In this document: piece by piece, positions 45,432 to 57,765 of the stretch
Layout: the number at the start of each line of letters is the position of its first letter
How positions within the stretch are numbered: position 1 is the first letter of the stretch
From: Eledone cirrhosa
Lineage: Eukaryota
Assembly: GCA_964016885.1 (NCBI GenBank)
Contig: CAXHJY010000834.1
Span: 1 to 64,000, forward strand
Reading direction: 5' to 3'
DNA: 64,000 nucleotides
Notes under the pieces: model-generated
Databases searched by the model: none
What the model saw: the letters and a program-made list of their open reading frames with translations, nothing else
What the model was told of the DNA's origin: nothing
Position numbers and translations under genes: made by a program

Positions 45432-46958
45432 ATCATCATCATCATCATCATCATCGTTTAACGTCCATATTCCACGCTTGCATGGGTTTGGACGGGAGTT
45501 TTCCCACTTGAGGCAAGAGTGGTTGTCTTGCTTGTATAGGACTGTCTGGCGGGTTTTCTACGGCTGGATGCCCTTCCTAACACCAACCACATTTACAGTG
45601 TGGAACTGGGAGGTTTTTACTGTGTTACCTACACGGCCACATTACAGCGTGGACTGTGTGTTTTTTTGTCGTGACACCCACACGACCTCATTTGTTTCGG
45701 GCTGGATGTTGTGGTACCAACATAACTTTACATCAAAAGGGGTGGTGTGGATGGGGTGGGGTAGTGGGACGGGGGTGTATTTTGTTAGAGGTGCCTACTG
45801 ACTGTAGTAGGTTTCACTTTGTACTTAGGTAAGGTGGCTCTTCTCTATTACTGTGTAGCGCCAAAGATCTCGGTCCAGTGACATTGTCTTGGAGAGGTGT
45901 AAGTGTGTGAGGTCGGAATTTATCAAGTCATCCCAGGTTTTTCTGGGTCTGCCTACTCCGTGGCTACCGTCTATTTTTATTGCCCTGCACTTTTTTATAC
46001 AGCTGTCGTCTTTCATGCGCATCCCGTGACCATACCAACGTAGTCTTCTCTCGAGTAAACAACATCTGATCCCTCTTATTTCTAATTTTTCCCTTACTTC
46101 GTTTATGCTTTGCTGTTCACATATATTACTATTACACATCCAGCGGAGCATGCAAGCTTCGTTCCTCTCCAGTCTGCGTATATCCTCTGCACACAATGCC
46201 CAGATCTCACTGCCATGTAACATTGCTGTTTGTATGCAGGCATCATACAGCTTGCCTTTCATTTTTAGGGAGAACTCTTTAGCGGCTAATAGTGGTATAA
46301 GCTCTCTGAACTTTTTCCATCCAGTTCTGACTCTAGCTACTGTACTTTCAGAGCACCCTCCCCCACTGCTGATTCTGTCACCCAGGTAACGGAAGTTGTC
46401 CACTATTTCTATAGAACCATCTGTGCAATGGAATGAGCTAGTATTCTGCGGGCACTTGCTGCTACTTGTACCAGAGCACCGGCCACATATAAAATCTATG
46501 TTCTTAGTTAGCTTACCTGTGATCCCACTACATCTTTTATGCACCCATACTTTGCATTTGGGACATAAAATGGAGTTTCTACCTACTCCTTTCCTACACA
46601 CTGAGCATGGCTATTTCCCGGATGGGACCGGTGCCCTATTTTCCTTCCTACAAACTAGAACTTTAGTCTTAGACAGGTCAATTTTAAGGCCTTTTGATTC
46701 TAGGCCATGCTTCCATGTTTGGAATTTCTTCTCTAGTTCGGCCATTGATTCAGCTATGAACATTAGATCATCTGCGTATAGGAGTCCCCATGGGCAGCCG
46801 GTCTTGAACTCCACTGTTATAGCCTGAAGGGCAATAATAAATAGTAGGGGGCTAAGAACGGAGCCCTGATGAACACCAACTTTTACACTAAACTCTTCAC
46901 TATATTCGTTGTTAATTCTAACCTTGCTGACTGTTTCTTTATACATGGCTTGTAACAA
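45432..46958 (-). mobile_element. 5'-truncated RTE LINE (RT C-terminal part, 3'UTR, (GAT)n tail)
   Basis: HQGSVLSP, YADD, RLRWYGH, GRPRKTW. One in-frame stop separates the two ORFs. Confidence 0.9.
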
Positions 46959-47493
46959 TAATAATTATTATTATTATCTAATGCTTTTGGATTGCTTTCA
47001 AAAACTAGACAATACTAATAGAATAAATTTTAAAATATTGAATTAAATAAGAATATCACTTCTCAGAGAATGTTAAATGACATTGTGATATTGCATGAGG
47101 TTAAACAATAGGGAGAATGAACTAAGACAACATGCCACTGAGAAGATGACATAACTAGCTATTGAAAATCCCACCTCACAGAATTCTTCTTTATAAACCC
47201 CCCCCCCCCCCACCCACCCCTGAAAATTCTTAGGTTTTAAATCTTAAGATCCCACACCACATGAAACTACATTTGTAAGACATTCTTGAAAAGTACAAAA
47301 CAACACGATGACTGAATCACATTAAAAATGAAAGTCATTACTTTAGCTTCACAACAATCTGTCAACTAGTTAAGATACAATAAACATTTTAATTAACAAA
47401 TATGTTTTTATATATTTTCTGCTAAATCATTACAGCATGTTAAGTATTAATTAACAACATTGCATATGCACCATTATTTTTAGAAAAATGACT

Positions 47494-48603
47494 CAGACTC
47501 AGAAGCTCCCGCGTCTTGTGACGCATGAGGCAATCATAGTGTTCCATCACATTCGGTCAGTAGCCAGTTGCACAGCGTCCCGCCATTGTCTGTTTGTCGC
47601 TCTCAACTGTCTGGCGCCAGTTCATTTTGGGTTGCCCTCTCCGTCTGCTTCCCTGCAGGCTCCATTTAAGTACTTGGTTCGCCAATCTCTCCGGGGGAAG
47701 TCTCAAAGCGTGTCCAAACCAGCCCAGGCGTCGCTTGCAGATGGTAGAAGAGACTAGCTGCTGGTTAGTGGGGTTCCTGACTTCCTGGTTTGTTACATGG
47801 TCATTCCATTTAATCCCCAGGATCTTTCGCAGACATCTGGAATCGAATGTGTCCAACTTCTTCTCTTGGCTGGTCTTAAGGTGCCATGTTTCACTTCCGT
47901 ACAAGAGTGTGAACAGCACGTTGCTGTTGTAGAATCTCATCTTTGTTTTGAGGGTGAACTTACTGCTCTCCCAGATCTTGTCAAGCTGGTTAAATGCTGC
48001 TGAAGCCTTTCCCATTCTACATTGCAGTTCACTGTCCATGGTGCCCCCATTGTTAATGGAGCTTCCTAGGTAGGTGAAGTTGTCCACTATCTCCACCCCC
48101 CCCTGTTCAATGAAGACACTGGTTGGTGGTGGGTGTGTCCCAGATAACATGCTTTTGGTCTTCTTGGCACTGATATTGAGACCTAAGCTTCCTGCTTCGA
48201 CATTGATATTGTTTACAATGATTTGCAGGTCAGCTCAGCTGTGCTCTCTGCAAGTGCAGCAATATCGTCCGCAAAGTCCAGGTCAGACAACTTTTGCTCT
48301 CCCACCCAAGATATACCCTGGTCTTTAGATGCTCTTCTTAGTACCCAGTCAATGGCTATGGCAAAGAGAATTGGAGAGAGCGAGCAACCTTGACACACGC
48401 CAGTAACCACCTCAAACCAGTCACTGTAACCATCCTCTGTCCATATGCAGCACTTGGAGTTTGCGTAAATCTGTTTGATTGCCGAAATGAATTTCTGGGG
48501 CAGACCATACTCATGCATGATGCTCCAGAGCGACGGTCGATGAATGCTATCGAATGCTTTGGAGAAATCGATGAAGCTGATGGCGAGGGGGCCTCTGGAA
48601 TTC
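47494..48603 (-). mobile_element. 5'-truncated RTE-group LINE with 12-bp TSD agaaaaatgact
   Basis: GVCQGCSLSP, DLDFADD, FTYLGS, LLYGSETW motifs. TSD at 47482-47493 and 48604-48615. Confidence 0.88.
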
Positions 48604-50551
48604 AGAAAAATGACTGCAATACATTAAAAACTTCAGTCTTTAGTTTAATGAAAATTTTCACAACAATCTGTCCACTAGTTAAGATACAATAAACATTTGA
48701 ATTAACAAACCTGTTTTTAGATATTTCCTGCTAAATCATTACAGGATGTTAAGAGTTAAGTTAACTTCAGTATGTTTCTGAAAACTGAAGTCATGGAAAT
48801 ACTCAGTTGATAATGACTGGTATCATAGTGACCAAATAGTAGCAGATATGGAGCCATTTAAAAATGTGGGACCTAAAAAGAAGAATAAAAAAGATTCAAT
48901 TAGAGATTTCACACAACAATAGCAAATTCAATATGAATAGAACCTCTTTCTTCCATCTCCAGAAAAATAGCTTTTGATTATTATATACAGTTTATCTGCA
49001 CTGTAGTGGATTTTCAAAAAGCAAACACATTTTCAAATTTCCTCAATGCTTCACAAATGAACCAATGTAAAAAAAAATGACACACAACGAAAAGCATGCA
49101 GTCCACACTGTAAATGTGGTTGGTATTAGGAACGGCATCCAGCTGTAGAAACCAAGCCAGAAACAGTTCTGTATGAGCAAGACACGGTCACTCACCTGAC
49201 CCGACTTGCCTCAAAAGGGACACCCCATCTAACCCATGCTAGTATGGAAAATGGACGTTAAACAATGATGATGATAATGATAACGATATATATATATATA
49301 TATGTGTGTGTGTGACAATATGATATGATATATATATATATATATATATAAATATATATATTAAATTCAAAGGGTATATATATATAAATTAGACAAAGTC
49401 ATAGATATATATGTGTTTGGCAACCATTCACGGTGTAGCTCAAATACTGTATATATTTTATCTAATGATTCTTTGGACTTACATTTTTATATATATATAT
49501 ATATAAATTGAAAGATGAACAAATAAAACACAGGAGACCATTTTTACAGTTATATTAGGTTCACACTTGCTGGAAGTGGAGGAATTAGGGAAGGAAATAA
49601 AAAAATAAAATAAAAGGGGGGTGGTATGGGTCCAGACTGGAGGGTGGGGTGGATGGTAGGGTGGCATGGGTGTGGTAGTGTATGTGGGGGTCGAAGGGGA
49701 GAAATGAATAGAATGCAGGGCTTCAAATTGTTCTGTGTTATATATAGAGGGTGAAAAAATATGTGCAAAATACTGTTTCTCAAACATGGATTGGCAGTAT
49801 CGGTAGAGGGTTGGACGCCATGCTTTCCAGCATAGTTACGTCCCTTTACGATCTGAGTTCAAATCCCGCCGAGGTTGACTTTGCCTTTCATCCTTACGGG
49901 GTCGATAAAATAAAGTACCAGTAATGAACTGGGTAATTGCTGGCCTTGTGCCTAAAGTAGAAACAAATATATGTCTCTTTCTTTCTCTCTACATATATCT
50001 TTTAATTTGAATTATATAAATATATATATACTTATATAGTAATAATAAATACAAAGACCAAAATCTAGATTATTTTTCCATACTAGTGTGGAAAAATGAA
50101 TATTAAATGGTGATGATGAAGATGATATATATATATATAATAATAATAAATAAAAAAACCCAAACCCGAAGAGGGCTTGATAAGGATTATTTATATATAA
50201 GTATATCTAAACCCATAGAGCAAATATTTATTATCGTCACAACAAAAAAAGCTCTCAGCCTACACTGTAATGTGGTTGTGTAGGTGTCACGGCAAAAGCA
50301 TCCAGCCTACACTGTAAAGTGGTCATGTAGGAGTCACGACAAAAAGCACCCAGCACACACTGTAAATGTGGTTGGCATTAGAAAGGGCATCCAGCTGTAG
50401 AAGCCAAGCCAGAAACAGTTCTGTATGAGCTTAATTTGCATATCAAGTGATTTTATTGCCAGTTTTATCGAAAATTACAAAATTTGTTTTCACACTAACT
50501 CAAGAATACATTTAGGTATTCACCATGCTAGAACGAAGAGAGAGAGAGAGT

Positions 50552-50604
<53 letters not shown>

Positions 50605-50610
<6 letters not shown>

Positions 50611-50724
50611 GGAGTTACCAGTTTAGACTAATAAGACCATGTTCAACTATGAACTCAATACTTGGGAAAGTAATAACCATTACAATACATGGTCTTCCTA
50701 GTCTAAACTGGTAACTCCCAATCT
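50605..50724. repeat. Short fold-back cassette I (~38-bp arms) between (GA)n and TA
   Basis: 50605-50642 vs 50687-50724. Confidence 0.7.
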
Positions 50725-50789
50725 ATAAATCTCTACATATATACTCTCACAGGCACTATCAGTTCTTTCCATATCCACCACTCATCCAC

Positions 50790-51215
50790 CCACGTAATCT
50801 ACACCATCCAGTGTTCCCTTTGCATGTCCATACACATGGGACAAACAGGAAGCTGCTCGGCGGACTGTTGTGCTGAACACTTGAGGCACATACAACTTGG
50901 CAAGGGTATCCTCGTTGCTCATCACTTCCGTTTCTCAGGCAACTCCTCTGTATATGTCTCAGTCCTGGGTATCCTTTTACATCAGGACTGAGCAGAACCT
51001 GATTTTCTGCCTTGGGTCTAGTTTCCCTTATGGACTCAACTCCCTTCCCCAATTTCTTTAATCTTTATTTACCTGTGCACACATACGCTTGCGTTTACTT
51101 TATATCCCAAGCCACTGTCACCCTACCTCGTCGTCCGCTGTCACACAAATGCGTTCATATTCACCCCAAGGTTCCTATGGCTCTGTTACAGTCAGAAACA
51201 CACGCTTACAGCTTT
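50790..51215 (+). mobile_element. Degenerate Penelope-like GIY-YIG 3' fragment
   Basis: VIYTIQCSLC..HMGQTG..AEHLRHI..VAHHF..EQNLIFCLG..PYGLN. Confidence 0.7.
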
Positions 51216-51451
51216 GTATATATGTATATATATATATTTCGTTTCTGAATTTGTTTAGCAAGATTCTTTATCTGAAATCGTGTGTTGAAACCGATATTGT
51301 TATACTTTGGGAGGGTCATGTTGCCAATAAGAAACACACGTACCAGTTGCTTTCACTTCAATTTATTATAATAAATTTATAAATTTAGGAATAAATCTAT
51401 AAATTTCTGGTTGGTTGGTTGGTTCCACAACCAGATAGTTGTTTATATATT

Positions 51452-51494
51452 GTCAAAGTTCTTTCGTCACACATTCTGTGACCTCTTCAGTGAC
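51452..51494 (-). ncRNA. Minimal hammerhead motif in the PLE 3' pseudo-LTR
   Basis: gtca-CTGAAGA-g-gtcaca gaatg tgtgac-GAAA-gaac-tt-tgac, ~200 nt downstream of the stop codon. Confidence 0.75.
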
Positions 51495-51540
51495 TGGGGA
51501 TTCTTTTCTTTGTTTTTGTGCCTCTCCTTTGTTCTGTCCT

Positions 51541-51590
51541 ACGCCATTTTGTTTCTGTGTGTGTGTTGTGTGCTTAGTCTGCGCATGCGC
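51541..51590 (-). promoter_or_regulatory. Candidate pLTR promoter motifs: YY1-type (aaaatggcg) and NRF1-type (gcgcatgcgc)
   Basis: Exact motif matches 50-100 nt upstream of the hammerhead, in otherwise CpG-poor sequence. Confidence 0.4.
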
Positions 51591-51694
51591 CACATCCAGG
51601 TGTCTGTGTGGTTTATGTTCATTTATTTATTTGTTTATTTACATGTTACTGGTTGGTTGTTTGTTCTATGTGTGTGTGTGTTTTCATTTTGTCC

Positions 51695-53776
51695 TTAATT
51701 GTAAGTTGTGATGTTGCTGTTCCACTCATATTTTCTATTTAATTTTGGTTGTAATTCTTTTATGCTTACTGCCTCTGTAATTTGCCTAAACATTGCATCT
51801 TTTCTGTGTGTGGATTCTATTTTTATTTCTATGTTCTCTAATTTACCCCTGTGTTCTATCTTAGCATGTTGGTAGAGCACAGATGATTCTTTATTATCTT
51901 GAAGGTCTCGCCAGTGTTCATTTATTCGTTCCCCTATACTACGAGCTGTCTCACCTATGTACACTATATTTTTGTTTCTACATTGTCCTTCAGTACATCT
52001 TATGCTATACACTACATTTCTAGTTTTACAGTTAATATGGGGGCTTATTTTACAGGTTATACATTTCTTATCTATACATGAGGGTCTTTGGAACGGGTAT
52101 GTCTTGCTAATAAGTGTTTTTACGGAGGTACCTGGTCTTTCTACTATCTTAATATTGAGTTTATGTTTATTTAGGGCCCTTCTAAATTTGTAGGCTAGTT
52201 CGCCTCTAGGGGTTGTATTGATGAACATTACACTCTGGTATTTATTGCTATCATACCATGAGTTTATTCTATTGGCCTTGTTCCTAGTTCTTTCTATTCT
52301 ATTCCAAAATTTGCTCCTATACAAGGGGCAGGTCCCATTTATGTCATTATTTACCATTTTTTCCCATTTGGTTCTGGCTCCTCTATACACTCTGATTCTA
52401 TCTCTCTGATTGTAGCCAGAGAACTGCATACGGTGGATGAAGTGTTGTATGTGTCTCTCTAGTTCTTCGGGGTTGCACATGCGGAACACATTTCTCATCA
52501 CCCGTACCAAATCCGCAATCAGTATGTTGATTTTGGTATGGTCCGAAATGGCCGAGTTTCGGTGGATCAGATGTTTGGAAGTCATGGGTTTGGCATAATG
52601 GGAATGGAGGATTTGTTTTTGGTTGTTAATGGTATCTAACCAGAGCTCTGTGTCTAGTACAGGTAATCGATGGTTGGGGTGTCTACTTGGGTAGTCTATA
52701 GTAACTCTAATGCTCTGGTGGATGGAGTTTGCTATTTGCTGGATGCTTTCCATTGTGTTTTTCTCTAGTTCCTGACTGTTCTTTAGTGGGGGTGTCTTAA
52801 CTACGATGTGTATATCATCTACGTAGCGGGAGTACATTATCAGGGTTAAGCTGTCTTCTAATTGTTCTTTAAGTTTTTGTTTAAGTCTACTGTCCCACCA
52901 TACCATGAATAAGTTAGCTATGTCGCCTGCAATACTAACACCAATGGCTGCTCCTTCCTCTTGGGCATATGTTTTACCATTAAATTTGAACATATGTTCC
53001 TTAAGGGTTAATTTTATGCTGGCCCCTACCGCATGTGCAATCATTTTCTTCAGTTCATCGTGGTTTTCGGGTGTCCGTATGGCTCTGGTCCACCCGTTCC
53101 ATCTATCTGTGTGGGTTTTCTTGGCCATTGAGGTAATGGTAGGTGGTCTGCCTCTTGCTGGTCTTGTAGGGCACAGGTTGCTAAGGTCATATGTGTCTAG
53201 GTAATTATTACTATAGGTAAGTTTAAGTAGGAGTCCCAGCTCACTGGTATCAATCCCACGGAACTCAACATTGCTCTCACTGATCATTTCTACGCATTTC
53301 TCCACAGCAAAATCCACGTCAATAGATGGATACAGGGACACAACATCCATACTACCTATTATGCAGTTTGTTAGGTCCCTAGATCGGTTACTCGCGCCGA
53401 TTCTGCTGAGAAGGTCCTCCGTGCTGTCACATACATCTGGGGACATTTCAATGATGGGGCGTATGATCAGGGAGAGGAAATAGGACAGTCTGTAGTTACT
53501 AGCAATGTTAGCTCCACAGACTGTCCGTGTTGGTGGTCCTGTGGCAGGGTCACTGCCCGTTTTATGGTCTTTTCGAAGCCCATACAACGCCGGCACGTCA
53601 TTGTTCCAGGCCTGGAAGTTGTTGGCAGTCCTTTTGTTGGGCTGCATTATATTCGTCCACATCACCATATGGGCATTGAGGACTTTTTCTCTACCCTCAT
53701 GCTCCTGTGGTGTTACCTCTCTTGTGTTAGTGATGTGGGGGTTGCATTGCCTGGATGTAGTTTGGCAGGCTGTCAA
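51695..53776 (-). CDS. PLE reverse transcriptase + GIY-YIG endonuclease (open for 693 codons; joined to upstream 53727-54203 by a frameshift near 53740)
   Basis: GSMDVVSLYPSI, GAAIG, YSRYVDD, LPVLD, YAKPM, C..C..C NVVYSIRC..YIGETARSIGERINEH, RQITEAV..PKLN. Confidence 0.9.
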   Translation of the reverse strand: MTACQTTSRQCNPHITNTREVTPQEHEGREKVLNAHMVMWTNIMQPNKRTANNFQAWNNDVPALYGLRKDHKTGSDPATGPPTRTVCGANIASNYRLSYFLSLIIRPIIEMSPDVCDSTEDLLSRIGASNRSRDLTNCIIGSMDVVSLYPSIDVDFAVEKCVEMISESNVEFRGIDTSELGLLLKLTYSNNYLDTYDLSNLCPTRPARGRPPTITSMAKKTHTDRWNGWTRAIRTPENHDELKKMIAHAVGASIKLTLKEHMFKFNGKTYAQEEGAAIGVSIAGDIANLFMVWWDSRLKQKLKEQLEDSLTLIMYSRYVDDIHIVVKTPPLKNSQELEKNTMESIQQIANSIHQSIRVTIDYPSRHPNHRLPVLDTELWLDTINNQKQILHSHYAKPMTSKHLIHRNSAISDHTKINILIADLVRVMRNVFRMCNPEELERHIQHFIHRMQFSGYNQRDRIRVYRGARTKWEKMVNNDINGTCPLYRSKFWNRIERTRNKANRINSWYDSNKYQSVMFINTTPRGELAYKFRRALNKHKLNIKIVERPGTSVKTLISKTYPFQRPSCIDKKCITCKISPHINCKTRNVVYSIRCTEGQCRNKNIVYIGETARSIGERINEHWRDLQDNKESSVLYQHAKIEHRGKLENIEIKIESTHRKDAMFRQITEAVSIKELQPKLNRKYEWNSNITTYN

Positions 53777-54968
53777 CCGACATTCTGCCAGACTTGTCTG
53801 TTGGAAAGCATGCTATCTCTCCATTACGCGAGCGCTGCACGAGCTTACGCAAGCCATTTGCAGATTTTTCTCCCAGTTGCTGGGCCTCCATTCTATTATG
53901 CTTCTTGCTATACTGTTCTATAATATTTCTAAGTTCGGATCTAGCTATACTAAATTGTGCTTCTGTTTGTTCATCGACCTGCGACGGCAATTGCGTGCGT
54001 TTGATAAATGGTAAAGTTGTGGCGTGGACTCGTCGCAGGCCGAACGACTTATCGGAGGGATTATAAAAAGTAGAGTTCCAGGCTGCTGCTTTATGTGTAC
54101 TAGTGCTATTGTTATTGTTAGTTGTGTTGTTTCTATTTCTATTTCCACCAACAGCTTCATGGTTGTTTCTATGTCTCTCATAATTACTCCTGTCTCTTTC
54201 CACTGGCTCATTGTTATTATCTACCCTATTTTGTGTGTCTGTGTGTTCGTCTTGGTTATTTTCTTTGTCCTTAGTCTCCCTTCTCCTTTTAATCCTATTA
54301 CTTTCCCTTATTTCTGTGATTTCTATGCTACTGTCATTACTTGTTTTCTGTGTCTGTGTGTTTGTTAAGATTGTGGTGGTGGTGAGAGGCGTTGAATGTG
54401 TGTTTGTTGTTGTTGTTGATGTGTGCTGTTGTTGTTGTTGATGTGTGCTGTTGTTGATGTGTGTTGTTGTTGTTGTCTCCGTGTGTGTTATTATTGTGTG
54501 TGTTGTTATTGTTGTTTGTGTCTGCGTGTCTGTTGTTGTTTCTGAGTATGTTATTATTGTTGGTGTGTGTGTTGTTGTTATTGTTGTTTGTGTCTGTGTG
54601 TCTGTTGTTGTTGGGATGTGTGTTGTATATGTGTGTGTGTATGTTGTTATTTTTGTTTTTGTTTTTGAGGCTCCAATGTAATTTTGTAAATGATTTTTCT
54701 ATTTCTGATAGACAACTAATCATATTTACCTTCTTGAATGTCGCAAATTTTGGTGGTAGAATTAATACAGATAATTCATCAGGGTCTATTACCGTGTTGC
54801 CGTATATATTTGTGTTGTTGTTGTTGTTGAACTCATCTGTTAATGAGGTGTCGGCCATGTTTATACCGTCAATTTTGTCGGGATATCTATTGGTATTCTC
54901 TACAGTATCCTGATTTAGTTTTATCTGCTTAAGCCACTTTAGTTTTTTGTTAAAGTGCTTATCACATT

Positions 54969-55027
<59 letters not shown>

Positions 55028-55085
55028 TAAAATAACAGATTTTAGTCTTCAAATTTATTATTATTACTATATATATATATATATA

Positions 55086-55915
55086 CTAGCTGATATACCC
55101 AGCTTCGCCTGGGTAAACAGACGATAAGAGAAGACAGGTAAAAGAGAAAATGACTGTATTGAATGTTTGTCTGGTTACAGTATGAGGCGAGTCCGTGGTG
55201 TCTGTGTGATACAAAAAAACAATAAAAAAAATCTTCCAGATTCTTTGTTGTACCGTTTGTTCATAGTATATGAACAATTCTAGGGTCTCCCACCTAGAAT
55301 AGTGACCTCTAGGAGATGGTTCATCTTCTGCCTGACTGTAAAACATGTATCATTGCATAGACGTGGTTGTTCCACGTTTCTCAAAAGGATGATGGAAGTT
55401 CCAATATTTTACATTATATGTAGATATAGATATAGATAATTAATATAAAAGGTGTCCGTCAATGTAAAAAAATGTCTATTTACTCCCTTCACAACTCTGT
55501 GTATGTTAGACTGACAGACAGGGACACAGACAGATAAACTGCATGGCGATTGTGGGATGCCGCATGTACACACACATACACGCATGGAAACGCGCACACG
55601 CACCCGTGCACTTACACACACATAAACATATGCACACGTACATACACACGCACACATGTTAATAGTTATTGCTTTCCTTCCCCTCTTCCTCACACATCAC
55701 ACACACACGTCTCTACACTGACACATATACATAGTGTATCCAAACACAGCGTTCACTTTGCCTCTCTCTTTCCCCTCTCACTCCCTCATTGGCATTATGC
55801 ATATTAATTTAAGTTTGGCGTCGTTGAGGTGGGCAGAATCGTTTGAAACCTATGAACCAATGATAATTGAGAATTATGACACACGGAATAATGACATTGT
55901 TGAAATTAATATATA
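55086..55915 (-). mobile_element. Helitron deletion derivative, copy 1
   Basis: 3' hairpin acccaggcgaagctgggt followed by CTAG|T. PIF1-helicase remnant IGTSIILLRNVEQPRLCND..LEVTILGG at ~55290-55405. Confidence 0.8.
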
Positions 55916-56745
55916 CTAGCTGACGTACCCAGCTTCGTCCGGGTAAACAGATGATAAGAGAAGACAGGTAAAAGAGAAAATGACTGTATTGAATGTTTGT
56001 CTGGTTACAGTATGAGGTGAGTCCGTGGTGTCTGTGTGATACAAAAAACAGTAAAAAAAAATCCAGATATACCAGATTCTTCGTTTGTGCATAGTATATG
56101 AACAATTCTAGGTACTCCCACCTAGAATAGTGACCTCTAGGAGATGGTTCATCTTCTGCCTGACTGTAAAACGTGTATCATTGCATAGACGTGGTTGTTC
56201 CACGTTTCTCAAAGGATGATGGAAGTTCCAATCTTTTATATTATATGTAGATATAGATATAGATAATTAATATAAAAGATGATGCTCAGCCAGTTCGTCT
56301 TCAACCATCGCAGCACGCCGTTGCTGCTTGGCTCCAGTGTTTCGTTGGCGTTGTTCAGCCAGCTCCTCTTCATTCATGGCGGCACGTCTTCGCCTCTGAA
56401 GTTCGGTGTTCCGATGGCGCTGTTCGGCCCGTTTTTCTTCATGCCTGGCTGCATGCCGTCACCGCTGTAGTTCACTGCTTGTTAAAGTCGAATTGCTTTT
56501 ACTTTCTGTGGAACGCTGCACGCACACACACATAAACATACATGCACGTACATACAAATGCACACATGGTAATAGTTACAGCGTTCACTTTGCCACTCTG
56601 TTTCTTACTCTCCCCTTTCACTCCCTCATTGGCATTATGCATATTAATTTAAGTTTGGCGTCGTTGAGGTGGGCAGAGTCGTTTGAAACCTATGAACCAA
56701 TGATAATCTAGAATTATGACACACGGAATAATGACATTGTTGAAA

Positions 56746-56755
<10 letters not shown>
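55916..56755 (-). mobile_element. Helitron deletion derivative, copy 2 (head-to-tail with copy 1)
   Basis: Same termini and helicase remnant. It has a different internal segment at 56280-56520. Confidence 0.8.
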
Positions 56756-56780
<25 letters not shown>

Positions 56781-57645
56781 CCTTGGATTATTATAAAAGA
56801 ACAGCCACCCCACTTCATTTCAGTGGGGAAAAAAAAAATTAATCGATTTTTTTCAGGACCTTTTAGATGCTCGTAATATACTTTATTTTCGCCGTCATAG
56901 GGTTAGGTTTAGGGTTTCCATTTTCCGGGGGAAAAGTTGATTGTGAGCATTTAAGAGGTCAGATTAGTTGATAGCACACGAACAGAAAAAAAAAGAAAAA
57001 AAAAAGGAGGGAAAAAAAGGTTTTTCCAGGGCAGTGTACTTTTATAAATTTATCATATCGTTTATAGTTTATATTGAAAAAATTAATAATTCATGAAACT
57101 CAAGTTTTAATCATTTCATTAAGATCGTTATTAAAACATGAATTACGAAATGTCATACATTGTCAATACGGAGCATGGTATTATAGCGCATAGGAGCATC
57201 CATAGATTATTCACGTTAAACTTTTTAAAATCTTAAAAGAGTGGATTATCAAATAAAATGCATTTTAAATGTAGTTAATTTAATGGAGAAGAAACTCTCT
57301 TGGTTAGTTCTACTTCAATGCTACGAGAATTGTTTCAAAAGAATATTTTTGGAATGTTTTTTTTTGTTTTGTAATGCAATCAAATAAATAAACATGTACA
57401 CGTTTGTTTATGTAAACATACATGAACGAGCAAAGGCTCTGTATTCCCCTCCTACTCTCTCTCTATATATATATATAATTTGTTTCTTTGTATAACAGGC
57501 TGCATAATATGGGGTAAACAACCCAACGAAACTTAAGTACCTGTACATGTCACAGTTGTAACTAATTACATATATATATATATATATATATACAATATTA
57601 TAAAAATATTTGCTTGTTGTATTCCAACAAATTAAATATAACTTC

Positions 57646-57765
<120 letters not shown>

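Larger units (their letters stand above)
51238..54968 (-). mobile_element. Penelope-like retroelement (Naiad-like), 5'-truncated, flanked by (TA)n on both sides
   Basis: N-terminal ELSVLILPPKF..EIEKSFTKLHW, TDKSG motif, RT and C-terminal GIY-YIG, 3' terminal region with a hammerhead. Confidence 0.9.

Noticed and set aside
51695-54858. Selenocysteine read-through in the Naiad-like ORF
   Set aside because: No in-frame TGA in the 693-codon ORF. The break near 53740 is a frameshift in a homopolymer run.
56895-56916. Telomere-like tagggttaggtttagggtt
   Set aside because: Only about three degenerate units, likely part of a dispersed repeat.
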